Assembly: GCA_048772705.1 (NCBI GenBank)
Contig: JBLWGC010000140.1
Location: 62,001-126,000 of the forward strand
DNA: 64,000 nucleotides
Direction: 5' to 3'
From: Leidyana gryllorum EB-2025a
Taxonomy: Eukaryota > Protista > Apicomplexa
Part shown: piece by piece, positions 35,644 through 47,055 of the stretch
Layout: each line of letters begins with the position of its first letter
How positions within the stretch are numbered: position 1 is the stretch's first letter
The notes under the pieces: model-generated
Database searches by the model: none
Told to the model about the DNA's origin: nothing
What the model saw: the letters and a program-made list of their open reading frames with translations, nothing else
Made by a program: the position numbers and the translations under genes

Positions 35644-37831
35644 ATGACTTCCACAAGATACGACAGGCAGCTCCGGTAGGTATTGAAATCACCCGTATTC
35701 CATCCTGTAGCTTGTGGGGGGCCGATGGCCAACATCGACTTGAAAATAGTCTCCTTATCCAGCTTGGGTGTAATGCTGTAGCTTGCGAAGCCACTGAGAG
35801 TTTGGTTGCGTCAGGTATTCATGTTGAGCACCTGCTAATGGTCAATTGACCTTTCTGGCAGGACTGGGTGGTCTTATAATTGTCGACGACCAGCTGGTTG
35901 ACGATGCTGCTCAAGTATCGACTTTGGTGTTGAGTGCGGCTGCCACAGGTACCTTGATGTCTACAGCTGTTGCTGACTACCTCAAGAAGCTCAATCCAAC
36001 TTTGAGCGTGAAAGGGGTGCCCATGGTGAGTGAGTTGCGCACACCCAGCGTGACATTGTATGGTGGTCAGAGTACGCACGTTTTTGCCAAGTCGATGGAT
36101 GCCGGCAAGGCAGTGCAACTGTTGTCTGAGTTTCACGCGGGAATTGTCGTCGTGCTGACGGCGACCGAGCAAGTTGGGGTAAGCTCCAAGATCGTTAGCG
36201 GGACCGGTCCCTTTATGTCTGCTTCAAGGCGACTGAAGCGTTGCAAACGATATTGACTACATTCCGAGAGCGCGTACCCGCGTACGGGGTGGTTGTGAGT
36301 GCATACGGGCCATATGCTCGCGTCAGTATACAGTGCGAAGGCCATTTGGGTACGTTGGGGCACAGAGGCCGACTAACGTGGCGTTCAGCGATTGACAACC
36401 GTCTTCCCGGCCTCAAACTGGATCTGGGCCTCCATAAACCCTTTTCCGCGCTGAGAGTAAGTGACAATGGCGCAGCATTACTCGCTCCATTGTCAGCGGC
36501 TGGCTGCAGAGATCATGAGCACTTTATTGTCAACGACGGATCCGGCACTAAGTTATCGGAGTGTGCCAGCTGTGCTGCTGATCGTCTACGTCGTGGGGGA
36601 GTATGAGAGTCGCCACAACACTTTACCGGATCTCTCTCGAAGCTGTCGCGAGGAATTGAAGGCTTCTTTAGAGCGATTGAGATCTCATGTTGACGACGAA
36701 TCGATCGCCGAGGCCAATCAATATATGCACTTCGCCTGCAAGCGGTATCAATTACCCGAGGGTCTCGCGAAGGCTTTCAGTGCGGCAGAAAAGGACCATT
36801 CGGTACTCCGCCCGGTCGAGAGGACCGCTCTCAAAGCGTTGCAGAAGTGAGATACCCTCTCATCACAATTGTGTCCACAGCTCTTCTGGCACAGATATCA
36901 TAAAAAGTATAGTGCTATGCCTCTCACCGGCCGTCTTCCCGATCTGATAGGCGACAGTGATTTGTATTTGGCGGTTAAGAAATGGTGAGCCCGAATTTGA
37001 AGTCCAATTGATGACACCGCCCCCTGACGACGCCGGCTGCAGCTACCAGGATCAGTCGGAGAGCGATATGGCCAAAGTCTGCGACCTCCTGGAGGGAACT
37101 GAGGAGGAGAAAGCCGAGGCCCGACAGTGGCTCTTAGATCATCAGGAACGTGAGTTCTTATCGCTCAGCCGTCATGTGCGCCGAATAGATTTGCCCCGCC
37201 TCTCGTACCATCCGGGCACTTTGGGACCGCCGCAACCAATGTCGGCCCTCATTGAGGCTATGACTCGGGTGGTCGACGTCGAGAGCGCTGCGACGTGTAT
37301 GACACCTCCAATTCCGCCCTCTCTGGAAGGTCTCGTTGCTCCACTCGACAGCCTCCCTTCGATGGCCTGTCTTCCCGTGGCCTTCGAGGTGGCCCAACGG
37401 ATCCCACCGGAAGCGATGCTGAACAACTTTGACGACCTCAGAGACGCTGTCAACGACGCATATCAGGAGGTGGTCGAGGAACTACTCGGGGATGCGGAGA
37501 TCGCAGATGCTGTCAGAGAAACATGGCACTCTCGCCTGGGAAATGAGGGGGTCCTGCATGAGGTTTGGTAAGTACCGCCTGAAACGGTCGTCAAGGGGTC
37601 TTTGTCGCAGCACTTCACGCGAGACTCGATATCTCAATAATGTTTCGGCACTATTGGGTGGCTTACTCAGCGCCGAGCTACTCAAGATCGTCACTGGACG
37701 CTATGTCCCTGTTCTGGAAGACCTATATTGGGAGTAAGTTGCGCTCAGTCAGTCACTCATCGTTTCTATGAATCTATCTTAGCTCCACTTTGTCACGAAC
37801 TGCTGTCTTTCCCCGTGTTTGGAATCATTGA
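35644..37831 (+). CDS. NAE1: NEDD8-activating enzyme E1 regulatory subunit (APPBP1/Ula1-like), divergent, multi-exon
   Basis: MTSTRYDRQLR|LWGADGQHRLENS...LGCNAVACE...; LKKLNP; C-terminal NNVSALLGGLLSAELLKIVTGRYVP. Confidence 0.82.
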
Positions 37832-37863
37832 ATCGCCACAGATAGCTTATGTGCAGTAGCATT

Positions 37864-37964
37864 GTGCACGGATAACATTGATTGAACATTGCACGCCGCT
37901 GTGCACGGTTAACATTGATTGAACATTGCACGCCGCTGTGCACGTTAGTCTTTGAACATTGTCA
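37864..37964. repeat. 37-bp tandem repeat x ~2.7 containing GTGCAC
   Basis: gtgcacgg(a/t)taacattgattgaacattgcacgccgct. Confidence 0.9.
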
Positions 37965-38018
37965 GCAGCACCGTTCCAGAATGAACATTGAGACACCTAA
38001 TGATTGTATGCGCTGCAG

Positions 38019-38471
38019 TCAGTGGCCGTCTCGACGCTTGCGCGCGTTGATATGGTCGAGATAGCGCTTGTGCTCCACATTCGCGTAGTCCATAATGGTT
38101 CGTGTCAGATCTCCGTCTCCGAGGGTCATTTTGATCGCTTCCCGTACGTCTCTGACGCCAAAGAGTTCGCGATCATTCGCCAGACAACTCGCTTTGGTGT
38201 TGAGCACAACTCGCTCGAAGAAATCAACTACCATTGTATTGAGCAAATCAGCGGCATCTTCTTGGAGGGTGACTGAATTGTCAATTACTTCCAGACAGCC
38301 CTGAATAGCTTTGTGATGTGACTCGAACTTTAGTCTTTGGAAACGTGCGACTCGCATTTCTCGGCGGTCGTGCAGCATAGTGTTACGGCGCTTGCTGCTG
38401 GAGGCTTTGCGTACTGAGACGTCATTGGTATTTCCAGACTTTGCTGTTCGTTGACCACTTCGACCAACCAT
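38019..38471 (-). CDS. Highly divergent histone H2B-like protein
   Basis: Near-gapless by-eye alignment to the H2B fold: ESHHKAIQGCLEVIDNSVTLQEDAADLLNTMVVDFFERVV...NDRELFGVRDVREAIKMTLGDGDLTR vs [40 protein letters not shown]...[25 protein letters not shown]. Confidence 0.8.
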   Translation of the reverse strand: MVGRSGQRTAKSGNTNDVSVRKASSSKRRNTMLHDRREMRVARFQRLKFESHHKAIQGCLEVIDNSVTLQEDAADLLNTMVVDFFERVVLNTKASCLANDRELFGVRDVREAIKMTLGDGDLTRTIMDYANVEHKRYLDHINARKRRDGH

Positions 38472-38491
38472 TTTGGCGTATAACAAGAAAT

Positions 38492-38964
38492 CTACGGATC
38501 AATTTTGCGTCGCAAAGCTAATACCCAGGGCTCCCGTTTCCACGTCATAAAGTTCTCCCAACCACCCGCGACAAACGGACCCAAGCCACACCTGATGAAC
38601 TCTGACTCTGTCAACAACGGGACGACCCATTCCCCAGTTGCGGACGTCAAGTTCTGCTTATGTCGGCAAATATCGTAATACTTTTCCATCGCCACAGCAT
38701 CCAGAGCGATGAACTTGTAGGCGTACCCGGTCTCGCGCACTGCACATTGCACAAGTGTTAATTGCAGACTCAATTTGAGTGTGCGCACAGACATGATCAC
38801 AGCGCGCAAAAGAGATGTGCACAGTGATCAAGCCCAGGCAGTAGGTCTGACTCACCTTGAAATTCCTCAGTCAGATAGGACTCGGTAGCGGGTCCTGTGG
38901 CCTTGACTTTGAGTAGAGGGCTGCGCCACTTGGCCGAGACGATAGCATCTGGACGTTGATTCAT
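38492..38964 (-). CDS. CKS (cyclin-dependent kinase regulatory subunit)-like protein, one intron
   Basis: GYAYKFIAL...PLLTESEFIRCGLG...GGWENFMTWKREPWVLALRR resembles CKS YEYRHV..LMSEEEWR.LG...GWVHYM.HEPEPHILLFRR. Confidence 0.7.
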
Positions 38965-38989
38965 GTGTCGGCTACTATATATGTCTATA

Positions 38990-41900
38990 TCACACCCCGG
39001 TTGAAATTATAAGGGGTGTCTGTCTCCGAGGCTGTCCACTGGTACTACTCTGTCCGCCTCCGGCGGCACCACCACCACCTGTTATGTTATTAGCTGCCAA
39101 TACCCCCTCAAGTTCTTTCAACCAGTATTCTTGCTGTTCCAGTCTTTGGTTGACGAGCTCGACGAGCTGGTCTGCGATGGGCCGGATCCAATGCTTTTCG
39201 GGATTGTAAGCGAAACAGTTGTCGTGAATCAATTGAATATCCTTCTTGAATTGCTCCACTGTAACGTACTGCGATTTAAATGGAATTACGTTTTGAAGCC
39301 GCGCCGCAATCCGCCCCTCTTACCATTCGCTCCTTGGACTTCTCGGCTATGCGCTGCAGCCACATGGGCTCTTTGATCACCTGATAGTACCGGGGGGCCT
39401 CAGCCTCTTTGACGGGATCCCAGAAGGCGGCAAACTTCCTTTCGGGCCGTTTGAGCGATAAGACTATCCGAGCCAAATTCTGGTTCAGCTCGTCCAATGC
39501 CATCTCAGCCGGGCCCAAAAACTTGACCAGCGAACTGGTGAGCGGCTGTCCAGCGGCCTCGGCCTCTTTGTGCTTCTCATAGAGCAGTCTCTGTTGCCGC
39601 GCTGTCAGCCGCACCGCCGTCACCGGCAGACCGCCGCGCAGCTCTGCACTCTTCCCAGCCGCCGCAGCGGCCAGTAGAGCCGTCTCCTGATCCTCAGCCC
39701 CCGAGTCACTCGGCAGGTCACCCGCTCCACCGGCGGTTCCGCCCTTCGTACTCGACACTCCCAAAGCACTGCCGCCCTTTTTGTTCCCGGGACAGTTGGG
39801 GTTGCTGCTGATGTGTCCAGCCTTCCCGCACCGGCGACAAGTTCTCCCTGGGAGGTTGGAGCGATTTCCACCGCCTCCACCGGCGCCGCCGGATCCCTGT
39901 TTCGTAGCAGAGCGCTTTTCAATTAGCCGTCGACGTCTCCACGCGATAAACTTCTCGATATTCTGCTCTCCATATATATACACCACCTTTTCCATCGGCC
40001 CAGCGCCATTGGGGTTCGATCGCACCCGACTCCACCGTAACCGAGGCACCGCCATTCCCTGTTTTGATTTGAGGAAATCCCTCAGCTGTTTGTCTCCAAT
40101 GCTCCCAATCCATTTATTCGCTGTGGTGTGTAACGAAGGAGACTGTAATGGGTAAACGCCGGGGTACCGAGCCTGATGATCACTGAGCGTCTTACTCGCG
40201 ACCTCCCACTCCACCATCTCCCACTTCATCAACTCTCCCAATATAGTCTGATCCTTCTCCAAATCCCCCCAAATCGTCTCCTTTAACGCCTCACTCACAT
40301 CGTGGCCCGGTGGAGGCGCATTAGGCACCGCTAACACACCGCCGCCGCCAACGGCTCCAGATGACATCATTCCACTCGTCACACTCTCACCACCGATCGA
40401 ACTCGACGCATCGCCTCCGGCCAAACTGCTGTCACCGTCCAACTGGTCCAAAAACGAAGCCTCCAGAGCCGCTTCGTCCATCTTGGGGTGTAACGCGTCC
40501 TCAAACACATCAGTAATGTCGGCGTGACCCGGCGCTGCTTTCACGTCGTCAGGTGTAAAGGCACATCGCTGCTTCATTTGGATCTCATTTATCCGTGTCA
40601 CGTAGTCCCCCGTCTCTATCCGGTTAATCTGACTCGTCAGACTCTGTAAACTTCGCATCGGTAAAGCCATAAACTGCATACGGTAATACAGATTCACCAA
40701 CTCCTGACGCGTCATCCTCCACAGTACTGTCGCCGGGATACCCGCCTGTAACAGAGCTATCTGCAGCTGAGCAGTCCCGAGCTGGTCACCCCGATCCCGT
40801 ACGGCTTCCTCAAATACCACCGGCGGATACTCCTGGTCAGACTGATGGTGATGATGGTGCGAGTGATGACCCATCATCGGGGGCCTCGGGCCCCGGCCGT
40901 GACGACCACCACTTCCAGCAGTGCCATTCAGAATGTTCCGAATGTGACGCTGCTGCTCCAACAAACCGTCACGCGATGCATTGGTGGCCACATCTTCCTT
41001 GAGAAAACACAGCCCTTCCATCCGTCCCAGACTAAAGTCAAAGGTGCTCCCCAACAAGAACTGACTGTTCTTCTTGGCCGTCACCTCGGCATACGCCCGT
41101 TGCTGCGTCCACGGCGCCATAAACACCAATTCCTCCACAACGCGCGCGATCGCACTCAAAGATGCATTCAAATGAGGCTGAGACCCGTGGAAAGGTAATG
41201 GCAACTGCAGAACCTTTGGAATCGTATTCACTCGATTGTCTGTCATCTGCTGATACGCTCGCCATTCAGCCCGAGCTTTAGACCATAACCAGTTGCTGTA
41301 CTGATCGCGGATATATAACATATATCGCGCCACACTCAGACGGTCAAAGTTTTTCAAATACTTCAGTCCGGCCCAGTTCAGTTGCGCTTGACCGACCAAA
41401 GATGCTTCCAGGCCACAAATCTGCTCCGGGGTCACCAATTTGCGGATATTCGCTTCGCTGATCGCACGAATCTGCATACCACCGCCGCCTCCCATCATTG
41501 ACAACCCGATACCGCCGCCGGCTCCAGTAGAACTGCCACCGTGATGTCCGCTGCCGCCCGTCTTCTTCAGACCCAAAAGGAACCGATTAATGGTATTGGG
41601 ATCAAAATGCACTCCGAACTTTGATGAGCACTTCTGCTTGTTGGCGTTGAAATCTGTAATGCCCTGACTGGCCAGCCGTAAGGAATACGCTTTCAGCCAT
41701 TCCTTCCGAATCTCAGACACCTTCTTGCCATCGGGGGGAGGGATTTCTGCCAATAATTCGCATTGCCCTAACGTATACACACCAACGCGGGCGTAATTGT
41801 CCATATTTTCCACCACGTCCTCCGAAGGCATCCCATACAGACCGCGCTCGAGTGCGGGAGGTGGACTGGTAGCGACATTCGGGTTCTGTTGATTGTTGCC

Positions 41901-44900
41901 GCTGTGAGCGTTCTGATCAACGATCAAACCGTGGAACAGTGGCCGCAATGTGAGCTGTTAGAGACAAATGGAGTCTGATTCGTCCCACACATACAGCACA
42001 GCTCACCTTAACCTGAGGATTATTGGATGTGACATTCTGCGTTGTGCGGATTAACAAAAAGTCGGTCAGACGGAAGTCGTCTTGGTGATCTAACGTATGC
42101 CACCCCTGACGAGCGGACAACGGGGGTTTACACTGATTCAGTGTCTCGATGTAGGAGTCAGGGGTCGGTAACGGCCTCCGTGGATCAAACGGATGAGCAA
42201 AACAGGGACCCTTTACCAAACTTGACAGGTAAAAAGTGACGCCCTGGTTGGGCTTCACACGGAACGGCGACCCAAAAGCTGTCAACACAGTGTCGCCCAG
42301 CAGCTGAAGCCGTCCAAAGTGCCCCAAACGCCCACGTAACTTCCTCTCGGCTTGACTTAGCGCACTAAAGTTCTCCCGCGATGGTCGATAGAAACGTGTG
42401 ATTCGTCCCATCATGCCGTAGTTCGACACCAACAGGGTTGGATTTGTGTGCTCAAAGAGTGCCATAGGTACCCACTCCGCCAGACTTAATGTCCGCGGAT
42501 TAGTGAACAGCTCTGATGGGTGCTCCTGTTCCTCAGGTTGGGAGTTCTCTCCGTTTTCGTTTTGAGCCGCAGCGTTACCGAATGCCAGACGGGTACGATA
42601 TGTTTCCAATATGGTGGAAATACTAGGAGCACTGCGGATTCAGGCATCAATCATCCAGGATCTGAGCAAATAAACACTTACCAAACACGCCAAGGGCCGC
42701 CGAACAGCTGCTGAGAATTCGACAGCTTCGAATCCTTCTTACTGGTGGTAACAGTCTCAGTTCCAGCCGTTGTTCCACCACCAACCATACTTCCACCTGC
42801 AGCGCCTCCCAGACTGTTGGAGCCGAATGATCGACCGCCCGTGAAATCGAATGGTCGATTCCGTCCGACCCCCATACCGCTTACAATACTGCCACTTGCC
42901 ACAGTTCCAGGACGATTCATCTGTTGTTTGCGGGCATTATAGGCAATTCCTGCGGCACTGCTCAACATGGCGTTCTGACCAGCAAACGCGGTTTTGTACA
43001 CCACAAAGTAGTGCGCAGCAAATATGCCGGTTCGGAAGTCGGGCCGGTGGTACCGGGCCAATTGCGATGGCGACGGACGGCCAGGAATCGAATAGAAGGA
43101 CCAGGCCACCGGAGAGTGGACTTCTTGAACTTGCACTTGTCCGTGTTCGCGGTGTGTGTTCGATCGCGCGACGGGCCTATAGGGGTCCTGATCAGCATAC
43201 TGAGCGTCACTGGCTACTTGTAGCCATGACAAAGCGACATCAATAGCTGCGTCCCTCTTGCTGTAGCCATTCAGCTCCCGAAAGCCGAGCGGATCGACTA
43301 GGCGAGTATTGTTCGTCAGCCATCGACTGATCTCAGCCGACATGCCGTTGGTGTTTGGGGGCAGTAGGCGCCAGCGGAAGTTTGTGGGAATTTGCTGCAC
43401 CATGGCTTGTTGCGCTTGATCGATGGTCATGGCGCTGTTAGCATGTGTGGCCAAACTGAATGCATTGGATCCCGTGGCAGGGTTGTGGGGCTGTTGACTC
43501 CGGGTAGGAAAGTTTGATGAAGCCAAGCGGTTCTGGTGATGCTGACTTGAAGCATTCAATATTCCCGTTGGACTGTTGCCTTTTTGAGTGGGACTTCCGT
43601 CGCTTTTGTCGTTATTCTTCTGCGCCAAGGTTTCCACCCAGCCACGCCAGAGAGCATAGGCAAGAAGTTTATCCTCGACGGCCTGTCTGACGATGGCTGG
43701 CAGCATCTGGTGTCCTCCATGTCCGGGGCTATCGCGGTGTCTTGAACGTCCCCTAAACTCATCAGCACGTTTGGCCAAGAGTCGGATACTCATTGGCATT
43801 TCAGCTCCAAACATAAAGTTGTCGCTGGCGGATGGCTGCGAGAGGGGATGAAAGAGGCATTGAGAGGGGCGACAGAGTCTTACCGTAGGCTGAAAGTCAC
43901 GTGCGGGGAGTACATTGAGATCGGCTGTGAAGGCCGCCAGGATAGCAGCACTGGGCTGCATGAGTTTGTGGACATTGATGCGTCTTGGATAGGGGTTTGA
44001 AGGTGTGGCGAGATTATGGGGGCCTTCAACGGGTTCTGAGATCTCATATCTGAGGATACTGAGTGATCTTTCCATGGCCACGACATCTTTGAGTCGATGT
44101 CCGATGCTGTCGACCAATTCTTTGGCCTCGGGGAGGACAGGTCTGAGTTGGAAGAGTTGGAGTCGTCCGATGGTATCTCTGGTTTGGAAGACTTTGGGCT
44201 GCGACGGAAAGTCCCAACTGAGTATATTATCAAAGGTGGCTTCTCTGGCGGCGGTGGCCTTGAGGACTTGAGCTTCTTTGCGGGCTTGGAAGTATTGGGC
44301 GTCATTCATCAGGGCTGAGGGGGGGGCACCTCTGACCTCACCCCACATGACAGTGCTGCTGGGTGGGAGTTCCTCGAGGTTTTCTTCGACGTCAGAGGCA
44401 GTTTCCTGTGTGTGGTGGCGCATCTTTCGGCGTGTGGGGGCGGCAGCGGCGGCAGCTGAGGATTGGGCAGCAGTGAAGGGGGTGACCATGGAGTCGTCCA
44501 CGTCCATGGAGAAGGCGGAGGAGTCGAAGGGTCTGTTGGTGGCACTGGCTGCGGAGGCGGTGGCATTGGGAGGTAAGTTGTGATCGGTGGTGGTCAAAGG
44601 TTGTGAGGTGCTCTGGAGGGCGTTGGACGCAGCTGAGACGTTTGACTGCGCGCTGCTGAACAGCATAGCGTCTTCATCGACTTCGTGGTCGAAGCGCGCA
44701 AAGTTGGTGGCCGCGTCGGGAGCCGAGGCCGTGATGCCATCGTTGTCTGCTGCGAGGTTATTGGCCCCGGTGACATAGTCTGGAGGGTCCATTCCGTCGT
44801 CTCCAAAGTCTTCGTCATCCAACATATCGTACTGAGGGTCGTAGCCCCAGTCTTGTTCTGGTTGCATAGCGATGAGTTCCTCGAGGGTGGGTACCTGGAC

Positions 44901-45836
44901 GGTCTCTGCGAGTTCTTTGTCTGTCAACAGGTCGTCTAAGCGAAGCATTTCTTCGAGACTGCAGGCGGCAGCCGAGCGTGTTTGAGTCTCTTCCTCGACA
45001 GTTTGTCCAGGACTGGGAATGACAGTTTCGTATTCTCGATCCCAATGTATACCCGAGTCATCGTTCTCAGCCTCGACGACGGAAGAGGACCCCCCCCCTC
45101 CGTCTCGATCTTCAGCAGCTATGCGACGATTCGGAGGAGTTGACGGTATGACTATTTCCCCGGCGTCATTGATGTCCTCGTCTAAGGGCGGGGTGGGGTT
45201 CTCGACCTCTACGGGCTCCTCCTGAACGAGGAGCGTATCCTCAATTTTGCTGACTTCCACAGCTGTGACGGCTTGCGGAGTAGCCGCCGAGACCACACTG
45301 GAGGACCGCTCGCCATCGTTCGCCGCCAGCGAGTGCTCCGCTGGCCACTCTTCGTCCTCCTCCTCCCCTGCAGCAGCCATCAGGGTCGTCGACGACGACG
45401 GGTCGTCCAACCGTCGCTTCTTCATATACGCTGTGGACGTCAATTGTCACAATGGCACCGCTCGCTGTCGGTCTCACCTATACTCTCTGGCGGCAGAGAT
45501 AACCATTGGGCCTCTCGGAGGGTTTCTTGGAATCGTGACAATATTGCTGATACATTGAGACTCCGTTGGGGGTCGGGAGGAGGCGGTATCACGTCATCGT
45601 GGGGTAAGAAGACCGGTAACTCGGGGTATAACAGCTGAGAGACAGACAAATGGACAGCGGACAGTAATCAATCCTTACAGCGGGAGGCGCCCAGTCAAAG
45701 CTTCCGACCGGTATATCAATAGCTTCTCGGCGTCGAGGCCGTTTACGCGTCAAACATATTCCCTCTGTTACAATGACTTATTGAGGAATTCATTAAATTG
45801 ACACACATTACCTTCCCCACCGTCCGATGCCGCCAT
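38990..45836 (-). CDS. TAF1: TFIID subunit TAF1-like (DUF3591 core, zinc knuckle, C-terminal bromodomain), multi-exon
   Basis: LARYHRP, SNYGMMGRITRFYR, TDFLLIR, TPEQIC..E; CRRCGKAGHISSNPNCP; bromodomain FWDPVK..AP.YY.VIKEPM...IHDNCFAYN. Confidence 0.85.
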
Positions 45837-45881
45837 TTTGGGTCCAAAAAGACTATCTATCCATCTATCCATCTGATCACC

Positions 45882-47030
45882 TCATCCGCAGTACACGACC
45901 TTAACAAGCCACTTTCAGCCGCGAGCCCACACACAAACACTCACCCACTCAAGTGCACCTCGCCCTTCACTTCAGCCACCGATATTAACCACTCCAAATC
46001 AACTCCAACTGCCGCTCAATACCAACAAATCACACAAACACACTTACTTCCTTTGGCGCTCAATACCTCCCGCAGCCGTCTCGACCTCGCCTCTTTGAAC
46101 TTGAGACGGTTCAAAGTCGCCTTCAGCCATCGCATACCCACCCGAACCTGATGTATCAACACACTCACACCCGGAACACTCAGCCGCCTCTGTCCCACGA
46201 GCACCTGAGCCCTAACCAATAATTGCTCCAACTGCTTTGCATAGCTCTCATTCTCAAACAGCCTCGGAAACGACGCCTTTGCACTTCCACCCTTCAGACA
46301 CAAATCATACGGACTCTCCTCCAATCGCTCTTTGATCCCACATATCAATCCCTCCAACAACTCGTCCGGTATCAACCGATCCTCCAATGGAATCAACAAC
46401 TCGCCCTCGTCCTCGCCACTCCGGCCCCGCTTCCGCTTACGTTGACACATCTCCCGGTGAACTCGCCGCAAACCGCTCTCCCACCGCCGACTCAACAACT
46501 CCCGAACCGTCAGCACCACCAACGGCGGCTCCGTCCCAACGCTCGTCTGCACCACAATGCGAGACGCAGGAAACACCTCTTCCAGAACTGACACCCTCCT
46601 CAATACCACACACACACACACACTCATCGGCTCACTCACAGTACTCAACCTCTCTTCGATCCAACTTGGCAACGCTCACAGCCCTCCGAACCAAATAGTT
46701 CCGCGGTACCAACGGCACCCGAGTCGCTTCGTACACAACACTCCTTTCCTTCTCCCCCTCTCTTCCGCCGATGACCCCTGCCGCGGCCGCCGCCGCTGAC
46801 TCACTTTCCTCCTCTCCGCCTGGGGGGACCACCACGACTTCTGTCCACCCGGCCGCATCGTTGTTACTCGGCTTCCTGGCCGCTTCCGGCCGCCTCTCCT
46901 TGTAGGACAGCTCCAACAGACATTCCTGAAAGCACTTTACGAATGCCTCGAGCCCCGCACCGCCGCGGCCGCTCTCCACCAATGGTCTCAATATAGTACT
47001 GAGATGAGTTTCCAGTTGCTCCACTGTCAT
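45882..47030 (-). CDS. STK19-like winged-helix protein (multi-exon)
   Basis: VPLVPRNYL...; LSVPGVSVLIHQVRVGMRWLKATLNRLKFKEA resembles STK19 LAVPGAGRFIK...GR..VL.MVRKAKYRE. Confidence 0.55.
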
Positions 47031-47055
47031 GCACAACAAACATAAATAACAAAGA

